Source of the DNA: Parasitella parasitica NRRL 2501
Lineage: Eukaryota; Fungi; Mucoromycota
Reading direction: 5' to 3'
DNA: 64,000 nucleotides
NCBI GenBank assembly: GCA_025201805.1
Contig: MU619264.1
Coordinates: 166,253-230,252 of the forward strand
Shown here: positions 62,734-64,000 of the stretch, in pieces
Layout of the letters: each line of letters opens with the position of its first letter
Numbering within the stretch: position 1 is the first letter of the stretch
Program-made: the position numbers and the translations under genes
Notes under the pieces: model-generated
Database searches by the model: none
What the model was told of the DNA's origin: nothing
What the model saw: the letters and a program-made list of their open reading frames with translations, nothing else

Positions 62734-64000
62734 ATGAATTCAACAAGTGGAAATTCGACAGTGAATCCACTTGGTTTGGCAGCGGATGCGCATGGCTCTT
62801 TGTACAAGCTAATTGGTGTCACCTTGGCTATTTGCAGTGGTAAGCAGGCATAGAAGTGTCCAGAGTGTGTGGCCTCAAACCAACATTTTTTGCTGTGTAG
62901 GCGTGTTCATCGGCAGCAGCTTTGTATTCAAAAAGAAAGGCCTACTTCAGTCGACAGAAAAATCAGGTAGTCTAATTTTGATCAATGTAAACACTTATGC
63001 ATTGTAATTGACATGTTCAATTTCTTTGTTTTGAAGGAGGTGTTGCAGGCGAAGGGTACGGCTACCTCAAATCGCCCATGTGGTGGACTGGCATGATACT
63101 CAGTAAGTCTCTCTCTGAGAGTTTCTCACTCTAGTTATTCATCGTTATTTTAGTGGTTGTTGGAGAAGCCTGTAACTTTGTAGCCTATGCTTTTACGCAG
63201 GCCATTCTCGTAACTCCTCTGGGCGCATTGAGCGTTGTGCTATGGTAAGGATAAAAGAACATGGCTCCAGAAAGTAGAAAATTAATGCCTTGTGTGCAAA
63301 AAAAAAGTGCTGTGCTGTCGTCCATCTTCTTGAAAGAAAGACTGTCATTCCAAGGAAAGGTGGGATGTTTGCAATGTGTCTTGGGTGCTATTATTATCGT
63401 CATGCATGCCCCGGAACAAGGCGCTGCTGATACCTCTATCGAGACATTTAAAACCCTTATGCTGTCGGTTGGTAAGATGCAAACAAGCGCATTGTTGATT
63501 CCTTTTTTTTTTACTCAATTCATTCCGCTTATAGGGTTTATCGTTTATGCGTGCATTGCAATCGTTTTGTCGCTATTTCTAGTGCTTTATTGTGGACCCA
63601 GATGGGGGAAATCAAACATGTTGGTCTACATTAGTATATGCTCGCTTATTGGATCTTTGTCGGTCGTTTTCACACAGGGCATTGGCGGTGCGATCGTTCA
63701 TTCATTCACCGTAGAAAACCAATTCAAAAACTGGTTTGTATATTTGGTATTGATCCTGACACTTGTCACCTTGGCCATTGAAATCATCTACCTCAACAAG
63801 GCGCTAAACATCTTCAACACTGCTGTCGTCACTCCAACTTACTATGTTACATTTACCACGCTCACCATTGTCAGCTCAATTGTATTTTATCGTGGTTTTG
63901 ACGCATCGCCGGTCGACATCGTCACTTGTGTGTTTGGGTTTTTTATTATTTGCTCTGGTGTTGCATTATTACAGCATTCGCGTAGCGAAAAGAGCAGGGG
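62734..64000 (+). CDS. NIPA-family magnesium transporter (3' end outside the window)
   Basis: Multi-exon. KLIGVTLAICSG, FIGSSFVFKKKGL, YLKSPMWWTGM, GEACNFVAYAFTQAILVTPLGALSV, YISICSLIGSLSV, YLNKALNIFNTAVVTPTYYV. Confidence 0.95.

Noticed and set aside
1-64000. tRNA, rRNA or snRNA genes
   Set aside because: No cloverleaf, rRNA or snRNA signatures recognised by eye. A tRNAscan-SE/Infernal run would be needed to exclude them.

Overview
Eukaryotic, intron-rich, AT-rich fungal genomic DNA, most likely a Mucorales (Mucoromycotina) species, judged from ~55-65 nt introns, A-rich 3' splice sites and the protein and transposon families present. The window is gene-dense, with about 22 spliced protein-coding genes: COX5, prefoldin 5, a formin, SEC16, RSC8/SWI3, NCL1, DMA1, PRCC-like, UTP17, an OPT transporter, a PCL cyclin, bioF, an RBM33-like RRM protein, an Ecl1-like protein, inositol monophosphatase, a NIPA Mg transporter, three secreted/surface proteins and small orphans. 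Mobile DNA comprises a dead PIF/Harbinger transposase with one TIR, two different 5'-truncated retroelement fragments and a perfect 209-bp TA-flanked MITE. The best-supported unusual signal is a U12-type (minor spliceosome) AT-AC intron in the prefoldin 5 gene, which the ORF track misses entirely. Other points of interest are two GC-AG introns, a 9-nt micro-exon, an oversized U-tract/A-tract intron in the RRM gene, a zinc ribbon in Sec16 and a diverged inverted repeat spanning the assembly gap. All exon boundaries were inferred by eye from splice signals and reading-frame continuity. No database searches were run.
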